Part shown: one piece after another, positions 51,204 through 64,000 of the stretch
Position numbering within the stretch: the stretch's first letter is position 1
Layout: each line of letters opens with the position of its first letter
Assembly: GCF_963921235.1 (NCBI RefSeq)
Contig: NC_086108.1
Span: forward strand, 69,752,001 to 69,816,000
DNA length: 64,000 nucleotides
Source of the DNA: Mobula hypostoma
Taxonomy: Eukaryota
Reading direction: 5' to 3'
Program-made: the position numbers and the translations under genes
Notes under the pieces: generated by a model
What the model was told of the DNA's origin: nothing
What the model saw: the letters and a program-made list of their open reading frames with translations, nothing else
The model's database searches: none

Positions 51204-53218
51204 GCAACATACATAAATGTTGCTGGTGAACGCAGCAGGCCAGGCAGCATCTCTAGGAAGAGGTACAGTCGACGTTTTGGGCCGAGATCATTCGTCAGGA
51301 CTAACTGAAAGAAGAGCTAGTAAGAGATTTGGAAGTGGGAGGGGGAAGGGAAATGATAGGAGAAGACAGGAGGGGGAGGGATGGAGCCAAGAGCTGGACA
51401 GTTGATTGGCAAAAGGATATGAGAGGATCATGGGACAGGAGCCCTTAGGGAGAAAGAAAAGGGGGGGGAACCCAGAGGATGGGCAAGGGGTATATTGAGA
51501 AGGACACAGGGAGAAAAAGGAGAGAGAGAAAAAGAATGTGTGTATATACATAAATAATGGATGGGGTACGAGGGGGAGGTGGGGGCGTTAGCGGAAGTTT
51601 GAGAAGTCAATGTTAATGCCATCAGGTTGGAGGCTACCCAGACGGAATACAAGGTGTTGTTCCTCCAACCTGAGTGTGGCTTCATCTTGACAGTAGAGGA
51701 GGCCAAGGATAGACATATCAGAATGGGAATGGGGCGTGGAATTAAAATGTGTGGCCACTGGGAGATCCTGCCTTCTCTGGCAGACAGAGCGTAGGTGTTC
51801 AGCGAAACCATCTCCCCAGTCTGCGTCGGATCTCGCCAATATATAGAAGGCCGCATCGGGAGCACCAGACGCAGTATATCACCCCAGCCGACTCACAGGT
51901 GAAGTGTCGCCTCACCTGAATGGTGGTGAGGGAGGAAGTGTAAGGGCATGTGTAGCATTTGTTCCACCAGGAGGGAGATTGGTGGGGAGGGATTGCGGGG
52001 ACAAATGGACAAGGGAGTCACGTAGGGAGCAATCCCTGCGGAAAGCAGAGAGAGGGGGTGAGGGAAAGATGTGCGTAGTGGTCGGATCCCGTTGGAGGTG
52101 GCGGAAGTTACGGAGAATTATATGTTGGACCCGGAGGCTGGTGGGGTGGCAGGTGAGGACAAGGTGAACCCTATTCCTAGTGGGCTGGCGGGAGGATGGA
52201 GTGAGAACAGATGTGCGTGAAATGGGGGAGATGCGTTTGAGAGTAGAATTGATGGTGAAGGAAGGGAAGCCCCTTTCTTTAAAAAAGGAGGACATCTCCT
52301 TCGTCCTGGAATGAAAAACCTCATCCTGAGAGCAGATGCAGCGGAGACAGAGGAATTGCGAGAAGGGGATGGCATTCTTGCAAGAGACAGGGTGAGAATA
52401 GGAATAGTCCAGATAGCTGTGAGAGTCAGTAGGCTTATAGTAGACATCAGTAGATAAGCTGTCTCCAGAGATAGAGACAGAAAGATCAAGAAAGGGGAGG
52501 GAAGTGTCAGAAATGGACCAGGTAAACTTGAGGGCAGGGTGAAAGTTGGAGGCAAAGTTAATGAAGTCAACGATTGTTTCACTGAACACCTATGCTCTGT
52601 CTGCCAGAGAAGGCAGGATCTCCCAGTGGCCACACATTTTAATTCCATGTCTATCCACGGCCTCCTCTACTGTAAAGATGAAGCCACACTCAGGTTGGAG
52701 GAACGGCACCTTATATTCCGTCTGGGTAGCCTCCAACCTGATGGCATGAACATTGACTTCTCTAACTTCCGCTAATGCCCCACCTCCCCCTCGTATCCCA
52801 TCCGTTATTTATTTATTTATTTATATACACGATTCTTTTTCTCTCTCTCCTTTTTCTCCCTCTGTCCTTCTCATTATACTCCTTGCTCATCCTCTGGGTT
52901 TCCCCCCTCCCCCTTTTCTTTCTTTTTCCCTAGGCCTCCTGTCCCATGATCCTCTCATATCCCTTTTGCCAATCAACTGTCCAACTCTTGGCTCCATCCC
53001 TCCCCTTCCTGTCGTCTTCTATCATTTCGGATCTCCCCCTCCCCCTCCCACTTCCAAATCTCTTACTAGCTCTTCTTTCAGTTAGTCCTGACGAAGGGTC
53101 TCGGCCCGAAATGTTGACTGTACCTTTTCCTAGAGATGCTACCTGGCCTGCTGCATTCACCAGCAACTTCTACGTGTGTTGCTTGAAATTCCAGCATCTG
53201 CAGATTTCCTAGTGTTTG
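51204..53218 (-). mobile_element. Penelope-like element with head-to-head inverted structure
   Basis: Minus-strand RT/GIY-YIG/terminal repeat (52570 to 51204) fused to a plus-strand GIY-YIG tail/terminal repeat (52571-53218); TSD tgtaattattaaa (51191-51203, 53219-53231). Confidence 0.95.
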
Positions 53219-54049
53219 TGTAATTATTAAATTTGTGTTTTGTTTTTAGCTGCTTTAGTTGCAAACCGAGTTGTTTGGTAATTTCTACAGTATCAAAACA
53301 TTTGGTAGCATGAAGTGAAACTGCATCAAATTTATCACTCAGATTGTCACGTGGATTAATTGTTGGTCTTGGAGATGCATCGCTGATGGATCAGAGAAGA
53401 AAAAGTAGACAATTTTAAGAATGTATTAGGGGAGGTTATAAAAATGCTGGCTGATAATAGCATTGCAGCTGGGTGAATTGGGTGCAATCCTGACCTTGGG
53501 CTGTCTGTGTTGAGTTTGCACGTTCTCTCTGAGGTCCCTTTGGGCACTCTGGGTTCCTTTTCATCCCTAATTTGTGCTTGTAAGTCAATTGGTGACTAGA
53601 TTATCCCTCTGTCTGGGTAATTGGCAAAACTAATCAAAGGCAAAGTGTGGGACTTGTGGGAAAATGAGAGAGTCTAAATATTAGGGTCACAAGAAAATAA
53701 CGGAAATAAGTTGATGGGATTGTGCTGCAGTGTGGATGGCTTGTGTGATAATGCGCAAGCAGCTAATAGCAGTTTGATAGATTTTATTAGGAGTTGGAAA
53801 GCTGGAAGGATTCTGGTTTTAAATCTTCAATAAAATTGGTTGATTATATTCATGTAAGATGAAAAAAGCAGGTGTTAAGCAGGAGTGTATCTATCTACTT
53901 CTGGTGTAATTTCCTGTTTTGAGTATCCACTTGAGCAATTTATGCAAAAGGATATGATATGGTAATGATACCTGAGGTCTTTAAAGTTCAAAAGTTTCTT
54001 CTAATAGCCAGAAGATGCCTTACAAATTACTGTAACCATTTTTTTGTAG

Positions 54050-54145
54050 GGTTCTGAAGCAGGATTTGTTCCAAGTGTACAAGATTTTGACAAGAAGCTT
54101 GCTGAAGCTGATGCCTACTTACAGATTTTAATTGATCAACTGAAG
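54050..54145 (+). CDS. OSBPL9: OSBPL9 next coding exon
   Basis: tttttgtag|GGT...AAG|gtaatt; 96 nt, [32 protein letters not shown], matching remembered human [32 protein letters not shown]; phase 0, compatible with the 4557-4633 exon. Confidence 0.95.
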
Positions 54146-55899
54146 GTAATTGAATTGATTCTATCCTATACTCGATGAAAAATTTTGCACATTTGCCTAG
54201 AAGACCAATGTGGTATCACATGCATGATTGGTAAGGATCAACTTCCAGTCAGAATTGGATATCTACCAAATTAGTTCCTTGTCAATTTGACCATAATTAG
54301 TCCCCATTGATTCTGCTAAAGTTGAAAACTATAAACCACCTCATCTCTGAATGCTTCATGAAGTAATTTGTATGTAATCAGCCATGATTTAGCTATGAAT
54401 TAGTTAGTAGCACTCTAACCTCATTGATAGAAGCATCTTGTTTCAGAGACCTAAACAGGTGAGGTTGGACAAATACCTGAGCAATATTGAGCTGCAAGAG
54501 GTGCAATCTGAAGTAGTTGTAAATAATTCCAAAATGTTGGTTTGAAGACTAGCAGGGTGGTTGTGCTGGTATATTTGTCTTTTAAGCAACATTACAAAGT
54601 ATAACGGATCTTTATTGAATCTTGCTATGTACAATTTAACTCATTTCCTAATTCAAAACAGTTCTGCATTTTAAAAATACTTCACTGGTTATAAAGCCTT
54701 TTGAAATATGGCGAGATCATATGAAGTAATTTCCTTTTCTTCTTTTACTTTTCCTTTGTTCCCCTGTCTTTTTCTCTTAATTTCTTCCATAGTTCATTGT
54801 TAGCAACCTCTTGTCTTTAAACCTAAATGCACTTTTTCTTGTGGTTCAGTTGCTGGAAGTGATTTGCCATTACCTAACTATGTGCTTTCTCAACATTAAC
54901 CCCCAATGACTGACACTTTCCCAAACACCTTTTTTGTGGGAAAAAAAGTCAGAAAAGCAGCCAGACTTTCCATTTGGATTGATATTTATCTCCTTAATAT
55001 GAACATGAAAGTAATATTTTAATGTGTTTTTAAGTAAATGTGGGAAATTCATCAAAAGGAATAGATGCATTTTGGTTATAAGAATGAAATTTTAAGAATG
55101 TTAAAGATATTGGGAACAGAGGAGATGGGTATGGGTAGATGTTCTGTGGTTTAGTCCGTAGAGTGAAGACCAAATGCATGATTTATTAAAGCTGGGTGAG
55201 AAAGTGTTTTATTAGAGTTTTACAACAAGGTAGGCCAAAGGTCCATTTCTGTGTCCAAGCTTCCCAATATACCTGTTTACATTAAACTCATTCACCAATA
55301 TTAGGTTTGTTGCTTCAGTGACTTGATGATAGAAGTGCTTGTCCAGCTGCTTCTTAAGTGTTATGAAAATATCTCCACCATCTCTTCAATGCTTTCTGCC
55401 TCTCACCGTAATACTTTCTTGGCTGAGATATCTCATCATAGGTTAAGTAATAAGCCCTTTTTTTTCACCATCTAACCCCTTCAAAATGTTATCTATGTAG
55501 TCTTAGAGTTGTATTGCATAGGAGCAAGCCCCTCAACCCGACTCGTGCATGCCAACTGTGATGCCTATTTATGCTAATCCTATTTGCTTGCTTGAAGCCT
55601 GCATCCCTCAACTTTGTATTCCAAGTAACTTCTAAATGTTGCAATTGTATCTGCCTCCACCACACCTTTGGGCAGCATGTAGCTCCCCTGCCTCCTCAAA
55701 CCCAGCCTGTGCAAAATGCATTACCTTGCAATTTTTAGAATTACCTTCCTTTTGTTATTTTGCTGCCCAAATTCCCAGCTGATCTGTATCACAGTGTACT
55801 AAAATAAAAACAGAAAATACTAGAAATACTCAGTGGGTTGGGAGGGAACTCCAGTGCCAATATCATTTGTATAACCTCTAGATATTTTTGTTATTCAAG

Positions 55900-58445
55900 G
55901 CATATTTTTGTTCTGTTTTAATTTGTTTTATACTTTTGCCCCAGAGCTGTTATTCAAACTTCTGACACTGCTTATGCCTATTGACCTGTATCTTTTTTTT
56001 TTAAAAGGACAGTGGTTAGTCCGTTGAATTTTGTGAGCTGGAATGTTAAGGGATTGAACCATCCTTTAAAAGAAGGAAGGTGTTTTCGCATCTGAAACAG
56101 TTTAATGCAGCAATTGCTTTTTTGCAAGAAACACACATTCGTAGTTCTGATAACTCTCAGCTCATGTCAAGATGGCCGGGGTAGCACTTCCATTCTACTT
56201 TTCAGGCTAAAGCCGGGGGGTGGGGGTCTCAATTCACATAAATCAAAATGTTCCCTTTGAACTCCATAACAAAGTATCAAATACAAATGGTCATTTTATC
56301 ATTGTCTCAGAGAAATTATGTAATACATTGGTAGTGTTGGCTAACTTATATGCTCCTAACTCGGATGGGGTGGAGTTTTTTGATCGTTTCTTCTCTCTGT
56401 TTCCTGAGTTGAGTTTATACTCATATTGGGTGGTGACTTTAACTGTTGGTTAGATCCAGTTTTGGATCGATCGTCTTCTATTCCCAGACTACCAAGCAAA
56501 TCTGCTTCATTAATTCAGTCCTTCCTTTCCAGTTATGGTATCTCCAATGTATGGTGTTTTCTGCTCCCAAATGAGAGAGATTATTCTTTTTTTTCACATG
56601 TTCATCACACTTTTACTGGAATTGATTACTTCTTAATTGATAATCAGCTGATCCCATCTGTCCGTTCTTGTGACTATCAGAGTATAATGATTTCAGATCA
56701 TGTCCCAAGCACCCTCTCTATGATTCTTCCTGGTTTTCCACAAATAAATAAGCATTGGCGTTTTAATTCGAACTTATTATTAGATAATGATTTTGTAAAA
56801 TTTATGGAGGACCAGATAATTTTTTCCCTAAATACTAACACATCATCTGAAACTTCAAGTCTGTTTGTTTGGGACACTATGAAAGCATACCTAAGGGGTC
56901 AAATAATTCCATATGCTGCAAACTTGAAAAGAGGGACCCATAAAGAGTGATTAGATCTGGTCAATCAAATCAAAGAAACAAACCAGCTATATACCCAAAC
57001 AAAAAATCCGGAGCTGTATAAGAAACGAGTGGAACTTCAAACTAAGTTTGACCTTATTTCCCCTCAACCAATTGAACACCAACTTTTGGAAAGTAAGAGC
57101 CGGTTTTATATTCATAGTGATAAATCTGGTAAATTTTTAGTTAACTGAGATGCTTCAAAGCTAAACAACACATTGCAAAAATTCGAATGGAAAGTGGGAA
57201 TATTATCTTGAATCATTGTGAAATCAATGACATTCAGGAATTTTTATTCCCCACTCTAAACATTCAGAAATGTAATATTTGGCCAAGAATTTCTTAAGTA
57301 GTCTAAATATTCCTATGCTTTCTCCTGATCTCAAAGCAAAACTGAATGAGCCAATATCACTAGAGGAAATATCCTCAGCCATTTCTATATAGCAGACTGG
57401 TAAATCTCCTGGACCTGATTGGTTCTCTGCAGAATTCTATAAATCATTTTCCTCATTGCTTTCACCTCAACTAACCTTGGTTTTATCTGACGTGCTTAAG
57501 CAAGGTAAATTGCCAGCACCATTTAATGAGGCATGTATCATTCTTTTAGCGAAAAGAGGTAAAGATCCAACAGAGTGTTCTTCACACAGGCTGATTTCTT
57601 TGCTAAATGATGATGTCAGAGCTTTGGCCCGTAGATTGGAGAACATTCTGCCCTTAATTATTTCTGAAGACCAAACTGGTTTTATTAAAAATCGTCTCCC
57701 TTTTTTCAATATATGGCGTCTGTTTAATATCTTATACTCATCTTCAGCTGGGATTCCTGAATGTGTCATTCCTTTAGATGCGGAGAAAGCGTTTGATCGT
57801 GTGGAGTGGAACTGTTGCAGTTTTAGAAAAATTTGATTTTGGACAAAGTTTTATTACGTAGATTAAATTGTTATACTCCCATCCCACTGCCTCTGTCTTG
57901 ACTAACTCTCAGCAATCTCAACCTTTTAATCTTAAACGTGGCACCCGGTAAGGGTGCCCTCTAAGTCCCTTACTTTTTGATCTGACCATAGAGCCATTGG
58001 CAATTGCGTTTCGTAGCTGCACTGATCTGATGGGGATTTGGAGGCGGGGTGTTGAGCACAAGGTCTCTCTTTATGCTGATAATCTTTTACTTTTTATATC
58101 AAATCTGACTACCTCCTTACCCCCAGTGTTTTCTCTCCTTAACAAACTTAACCAGTTTTCCGGTTACAAACTTGATGTGTTAACGTATTATAGCCTAGGT
58201 AGTAGGCAATATACCTTTTTTTTATAAATACAGCTCTGTGGAGATAAAAGTTCTGATTAACTTTTCTACATATTGTAAAGTTGGCTTGGAGTTGGGTAAT
58301 AGGAGAGTGGGGTGGTAACTAACTACATACGATTCTACCATGGGTGCTTTTTCTTTTACTGTTATGAACTGTACATTCGATACCTTTGTTTTGCACTGTA
58401 CAAACTTTACTTTTTTTTTTCTTCACTGTATAAACTAAGAAAATA
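55900..58445 (+). mobile_element. L1/Tx1-clade LINE ORF2 (endonuclease and RT), internally deleted
   Basis: SWNVKGLN, FLQETH, NLYAPN, GGDFN, IDYFL, SDH, LDAEKAFDRVEW and SLYADNLL motifs. Confidence 0.9.
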
Positions 58446-58459
58446 ATTTTTAGAAGTGT

Positions 58460-60000
58460 CTAGTGATACAATTTGGTAGGCCAAACCTGAAGGCAGAATA
58501 CATAGTTAATGGCAGAATTCTTAGCAGTGTGGAGGAACAAAGGTATCTTGGGGACCAAGTCCAAGTTGCTGAACAAGTTGATAGGATGGTTAAGAAGACA
58601 TATTGTTGGCCTTTGTCCTCTGGGGTTGAGCTCAAGAACCGTGAAGTAATGTAGCAAAATATTGTGTTCAGTTCTGGTTGTCTCATTATAGGAAGGATGT
58701 GGAAGCTTTACAGAGGGTGTAGAGGAGATTTACCAGGATGTTGTCTGGATTGGAAAGAATGTCTTATGAGGGAAGTTTGAGCAAGCTAGAGTTTTTTGAG
58801 CAGAGGAGGATAGAAAGTGACTTGACAGAGGTGTATAAGTTAAGAGGCATAGATAGAGTGGATAACATAGAAACATAGAAACATAGAAAATAGGTGCAGG
58901 AGTAGGCCATTTGGCCCTTCGAGCCTGCACCGCCATTTATTATGATCATGGCTGATCCTCCAACTCAGAACCCCGCCCCAGCCTTCCCTCCATACCCCCT
59001 GACCCCCATAGCCACAAGGGCCATATCTAACTCCCTCTTAAATATAGCCAATGAACTGGCCTCAGCTGTTTCCTGTGGCAGAGAATTCCACAGATTCACC
59101 ACTCTCTGTGTGAAGAAGTTTTTCCTAATCTCGGTCCTAAAAGGCTTCCCCTCTATCCTCAAACTATGGCCCCTCGTTCTGGACTTCCCCAACATCGGGA
59201 ACAATCTTCCTGCATCTAGCCTGTCCAGTCCCTTTAGGATCTTATATGTTTCAATCAGATCCCCCCTCAATCTTCTAAATTCCAACGAGTACAAGCCCAG
59301 TTCATCCAGTCTTTCTTCATATGAAAGTCCTGCCATCCCAGGAATCAATCTGGTGAACCTTCTTTGTACTCCCTCTATGGCAAGGATGTCTTTCCTCAGA
59401 TTAGGGGACCAAAACTGCACACAATACTCCAGGTGTGGTCTCACCAAGGCCTTGTACAACTGCAGTAGTACCTCCCTGCTCCTGTACTCGAATCCTCTCA
59501 CTATAAATGCCAGCATACCATTCGCCTTTTTCACCGCCTGCTGTACCTGCATGCCTGCTTTCAATGACTGGTGTATAATGACACCCAGGTCTCGTTGCAC
59601 CTCCCCTTTTCCTAATCGGCCACCATTCAGATAATAATCTGTTTTCCTATTTTTGCCACCAGAGTGGATAACTTCACATTTATCCACATTAAATTGCATC
59701 TGCCATGAATTTGCCCTTTTTCCCATGGAGGCAATGGCTTAAATCAGAGGACATCCTTTCAAAGTGAATGAGGAAAATTTAAGGGAGATATTAGAGGTAA
59801 TTTTTTTTTAACACAGTGGTAAGTTCCTGGAATGCACCATCAGGCGGGTGCTGGAGAATGATACATTAGGGGCACTTAAGAAACTCTTAGATAGGTACGT
59901 AGATGGAAGATAAATGGAGGGTTATAGGTTGTGATGATGGAAGGGTTAGATTGATTGAAGAGTAGGTTAAAAGGATGGCACAACATTGTGTACTGTTCTA
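58460..60000 (+). mobile_element. Old CR1 3' fragment interrupted by a younger antisense CR1
   Basis: AEYIVNGRILSSVEEQR..; resumes after 59726. Confidence 0.75.
58864..59722 (-). mobile_element. Young CR1 LINE 3' end
   Basis: Uninterrupted 253-aa ORF WQMQFNVDKC...LVRPHLEYC...FFTQRVVNLWNSLP; (TTCTATGT)n tail. Confidence 0.95.
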
Positions 60001-60968
60001 AGGCTGCAATGTGCCTAAGACAAAAGAGGAAGTGCTGTTCCTCAAGCTTTTATTGGGTCACATGGTGATAGTACAAGAGGCCACAGACCAATAGTTCAGA
60101 GTAGGATGGAGAATTAAAATGTCAGGAATCGAGAAGCTAAGGGTTGCCCAATCACCCAAACTGCATTTAATTTCTTCAAAGCAACAGTTACCACGTCATG
60201 AATTCCAGATGCAGTATACTGGATTAAAAGTAGTGGAAGTGAATGGCTACTTCACTTGGAAAGACTGTTTGGATCCCTGGGTCACAGGGAGAGAAGGGGT
60301 GAAAAGACCAGGTTGGATTCCCTGCTGTTACAAGCAAGAGTGCTGTGTAAGAAGGGAATGGTCAATGGGAATGGAAAGAGTGGGCCAGGTGGTCATGAAG
60401 AAAACTCTTTAATGCTGAATTTAGAAGAGAGGGGCGAAGATTAGAATCAGATTTATTATCACTGGCATGTGACGTGAAATTTGGTAACTTAGCAGCAGCA
60501 GTTCAATGCAATACATAATCCAGCAGAAAGAGAAAAAAAAATAATAATAAATAAACAAGTCAATCAATTATTTATATTGATTAAGATTTAAAAAACATGC
60601 AAAAACAGAAATACTGTATATTTTTTTAAAAAGTGAGGTAGCGTCCGAAGATTCAATGTCCATTTGGGAATCAGATGGCAGAGGGGAAGAAGCTGTTCCT
60701 GAATCACTGAGTGTGTGCCTTCAGGTTTTTATATCTCCTACCTGATAGTAATAGTGAGAAAAGGGCATGCCCTGGGTGTCTGATGGTGGAATCTCTTTGA
60801 ATGTAGTGGAAATTACAGAGAATTTTCAGTTGAATATGGAGGCTGGTGGGTGGAAGCTGAGGACCAGGGGACTTTATCCTTGTTCCATTCTGAATGAGAG
60901 GGAGTGAAAGTTGTGGCACAGGAGATGGATAAAATATGGTCAAATTCTTTTGTTACAATGGTAGAGGA

Positions 60969-62852
60969 AATGTTTTGATTTATTTAACAAACCCACAGCA
61001 TTTGTTATGTAAATTATCTTTTAGATTGGATGAATATGGGAAAGTATCAGGGTATAAAATAAGTTGGGATAAAAGTGAAATTTTACCTCTTACTAAAGGA
61101 GACTATAGCCAATGTCAATTAGTAACCCAATTTAGATGGCCGGTAAATGATATAAAGTATTTAGGTATAAGACTTGATAATGATGTAAAGAATTTATATA
61201 AATTTAATTATTTACCACTATTGAAAAAAATTCAAGAAGATCTTGACAAATGGATGATACTACCAGGAACATTAGTGGGTAGAGTCAGTGTTGTAAAAAT
61301 GAATATATATCCTAGATTACAGTATTTGTTTCAAACATTACCATACAAGTGCCACAGAAATTTTTTCAAGAGTTAAATAAATATGTGAGAAAATTTCTTT
61401 GGAAAGGTAAGATGTCAAGAATATCATTGGAAAAATTGACCTGGAAATTTGAGTTAGGAGGGTTACAACTTCCAAATTTTAAGAATTATTACAAAGCAAA
61501 TCAACTTAGATTTATTGCATCTTTCTTTGACGAACAAAAACCGGCATGGATTAAAATAGAATTAGATAAGATAGGAGAAAATACACCCAAAGATTTTATA
61601 TATAAATGGGAATCTAAATGGATATGGGAAAAGAAAGATTCTCCTATATTAAAACATTTCATTGATCTATGGAATAAGATAAATGTTGATAATGAAATAA
61701 AGAAATCTTTATTAGCAAGGAGACCTTTGATTCAAAACAGACTTATTCCTTTTGCAATGGATAATCAACTTTTATATAATTGGTACCAAAAAGGGATTAG
61801 ATCTATAGGAGACTGTTATGGACGAAGTATATTGATGTCATTTGAACAATTAATAAATAAATATAAAATATCAAATAACTCTTCCTTTTGTTACCTTCAG
61901 TTAAGGGCTTATTTAAAAGACAAACTGGGTCAAACAATGTTTTTGCCAAAACCCAATGAAATAGAAATTTTAATTCAGAAAGGAAAAATTAAAAAATATA
62001 TTTCTTTTATGTATAATTTGATTCAAAAACAATTAAACAAGGAATCCACAAGTCAAAACAAAAATGGGAAACAGATCTGAATATTAATATTGATGAAACA
62101 AATTGGTCAAGACTGTGTCTTGACAGTATGACAAATACAATAAATGTACGACTTAGATTAGTACAATATAATTTTTTACACCAATTATATATTACACTGC
62201 AAAAAATAAATAGATTAAATTCAAACTTATCTGATCAATGCTTTCGGTGTAATCAAGAAATTGGTACTTTCCTACATTCTATTTGGTCTTGTTCCAAAAT
62301 TCAACCTTTTTGGATAAATTTAAGAGTTTTATTGTAACAAATTACTGGAACTCAACTTCCACATAACCCTATATTATTTCTATTAGGTGATATTGAAGGG
62401 ATAAAACCGAAACTTAAACTGCATAAATAACAGAAAGAATTTATAAAAATTGCATTGGCAGTAGCCAAGAAGGCTATAGCAGTTACTTGGAAATTGGATT
62501 CATATTGAAGTATGGATCGTTGGAATAATGAAATTTCTAGTTGTATTTCACTCGAAAAAATTACTTATAATTTAAGAGATAAATATGATACATTTTTGAA
62601 TATTTGGCGCCCATATTTACAAAAGATAGGATGGCATATTTGCTCCGATGATAAAGATGTTGGTCCCTTGGGGAAAGTAATAAATAAATATACTAAATTT
62701 ATTTTGAATCCCATGGAGCATGTGGAAACTTTCCAATATCCAGGCAGTCTTTCTTTCTTTTTTTTCAGGTAGGGGTATATATCGGGGGGGAGGGTAGATA
62801 TTATCATTCTATGTAATCATTTCGAAAACTCAATAAAAATTATATAAAAAAA
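60969..62852 (+). mobile_element. L1/Tx1-clade LINE, 5'-truncated
   Basis: SGYKISWDKSE, IKYLGI, GGLQLPN and CFRC..HSIWSC motifs; AATAAA plus A-tail; TSD acaatggtagagga (60955-60968, 62853-62866). Confidence 0.92.
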
Positions 62853-62866
62853 ACAATGGTAGAGGA

Positions 62867-63990
62867 GGCAATGATAAACCCTTCACCACCTTCAAAGAAA
62901 CTAAATAGCCCTTTCAGGTGAGGCAGGATTTCACTTGTACCTCCAAGAACATCTATTACATTCCAGTCACTAAGTGGTCCCTGACAGTAGAATAGGCAAT
63001 ATTTTTGTGGTACACAGAGAGTTAGTGATGATATGTCATTTCAACTTCCTTTCTCATTCCCACTCTGACCTCTCTGCCCTCTGCCTTTTCCACTGTCATA
63101 GTGAGGCCAAACATCTACCAGAAGAACAGTGCCTACTTTTCCACTTGGGAACCTTTAACCCAATGTATGGATGGTGGATTTTTCCATTTTCAGGTAACCC
63201 ACTCCAGCCCTCCCCCCACCCCACTTCCCCACTTCCACCAGTCCACCCAGAGCTTTCTCACTTTGTTCACCTTTTCTTCCTTTTTCCTCACTCCAAACTC
63301 ATTACATAGATGTGTCACCCTCCCCACCTTCCCAATTCCATCTGGCCATCTCTCCCTTATCTGGTTCTACTTATCTCTTCCTAGCCTTTGTCCACCATTC
63401 TTTCCTCCCTCCTCCTCTCACTTGTCTCCGTTATTACAATCCAAATGACTATGATCTCATCTATTTTCACCTATCACATAGCAGCTCCTGTATCATCCTC
63501 CCTTCTACGTTCTCAGTCCTAATGTAGTCTCAACCTGAAATGTCAACCATCCCTTTGCCTTCATGAATGGATGCTGCTTGACCCACTGAGTTCTTCCAGT
63601 ACGCAAACACGAGGAAATCTGCAGATGCTGGAATTTCAAGCACACACATAAAGTTGCTGGTGAATGCAGCAGGCCAGGCAGCATCTCTAGGAAGAGGTAC
63701 AGTTGATGTTTCAGGCCGAGACCCTTCGTCAGTTCTTCCAGTAGTTTATTTCCCACTGGGGATGAAGGGTAGAGGCAATAGCCATGGCAGTCAAGGAAGC
63801 TTGCAAAGGATATGAGTAGATAGTCTAACTTTTGAGATGAAGACACAGAGATCAAGAAAAGGAAGTAAAGAGTCAGCTGACATGAAGGTGAGGGCAGCCT
63901 AGAATCCATCAGGTTAGTTAAGAGTTTATAAAGCAGAAGGTGAAAGTTATAATAAAGGTGATTCCCACATTAAGACTGCACAATTATCTG
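62867..63990. mobile_element. Old Penelope-like remnants with a younger 129-bp terminal-repeat insertion (63602-63730)
   Basis: CHFNFLSHSHSDLS..EEQCLLFHLGT; TSD agttcttccagta (63589-63601, 63731-63743). Confidence 0.7.
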
Positions 63991-64000
63991 AAATTCACCT

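Noticed and set aside
58942..59634. 230-aa + strand ORF
   Set aside because: Antisense shadow of the CR1 ORF2 on the minus strand
1..64000. CRISPR array or prokaryotic operon/defence system
   Set aside because: No regularly spaced direct repeats or dense gene packing; the content is eukaryotic intron and transposons

Overview
This is vertebrate genomic DNA; the repeat families suggest a cartilaginous fish, probably a ray, which is an inference. The window lies inside a + strand OSBPL9 (ORP9) gene. Two coding exons are visible (4557-4633, end of the PH domain; 54050-54145), separated by an intron of about 49 kb. A repeat-free, CpG-enriched island in that intron (about 30.8-32 kb) has two CCAAT boxes, an ETS-type site and ATG-MAVKGFTG-GTAAGT. 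This is a candidate alternative first exon for a PH-less ORP9 isoform. The rest is layered mobile DNA. It includes an ancient class I (gamma/epsilon-like) endogenous retrovirus at 13536-22630 with both LTRs, a tRNA-Ser PBS, a PPT and pol/env remnants. Many Penelope-like elements have inverted ends and 11-14 bp TSDs, and their terminal repeats carry minimal hammerhead-ribozyme motifs. There are also CR1, L1/Tx1, Rex1 and RTE LINEs, SINEs, and hAT-Charlie, Tigger, Tc1 and MITE DNA transposons. Almost all ORFs in the supplied track are transposon fragments or spurious.
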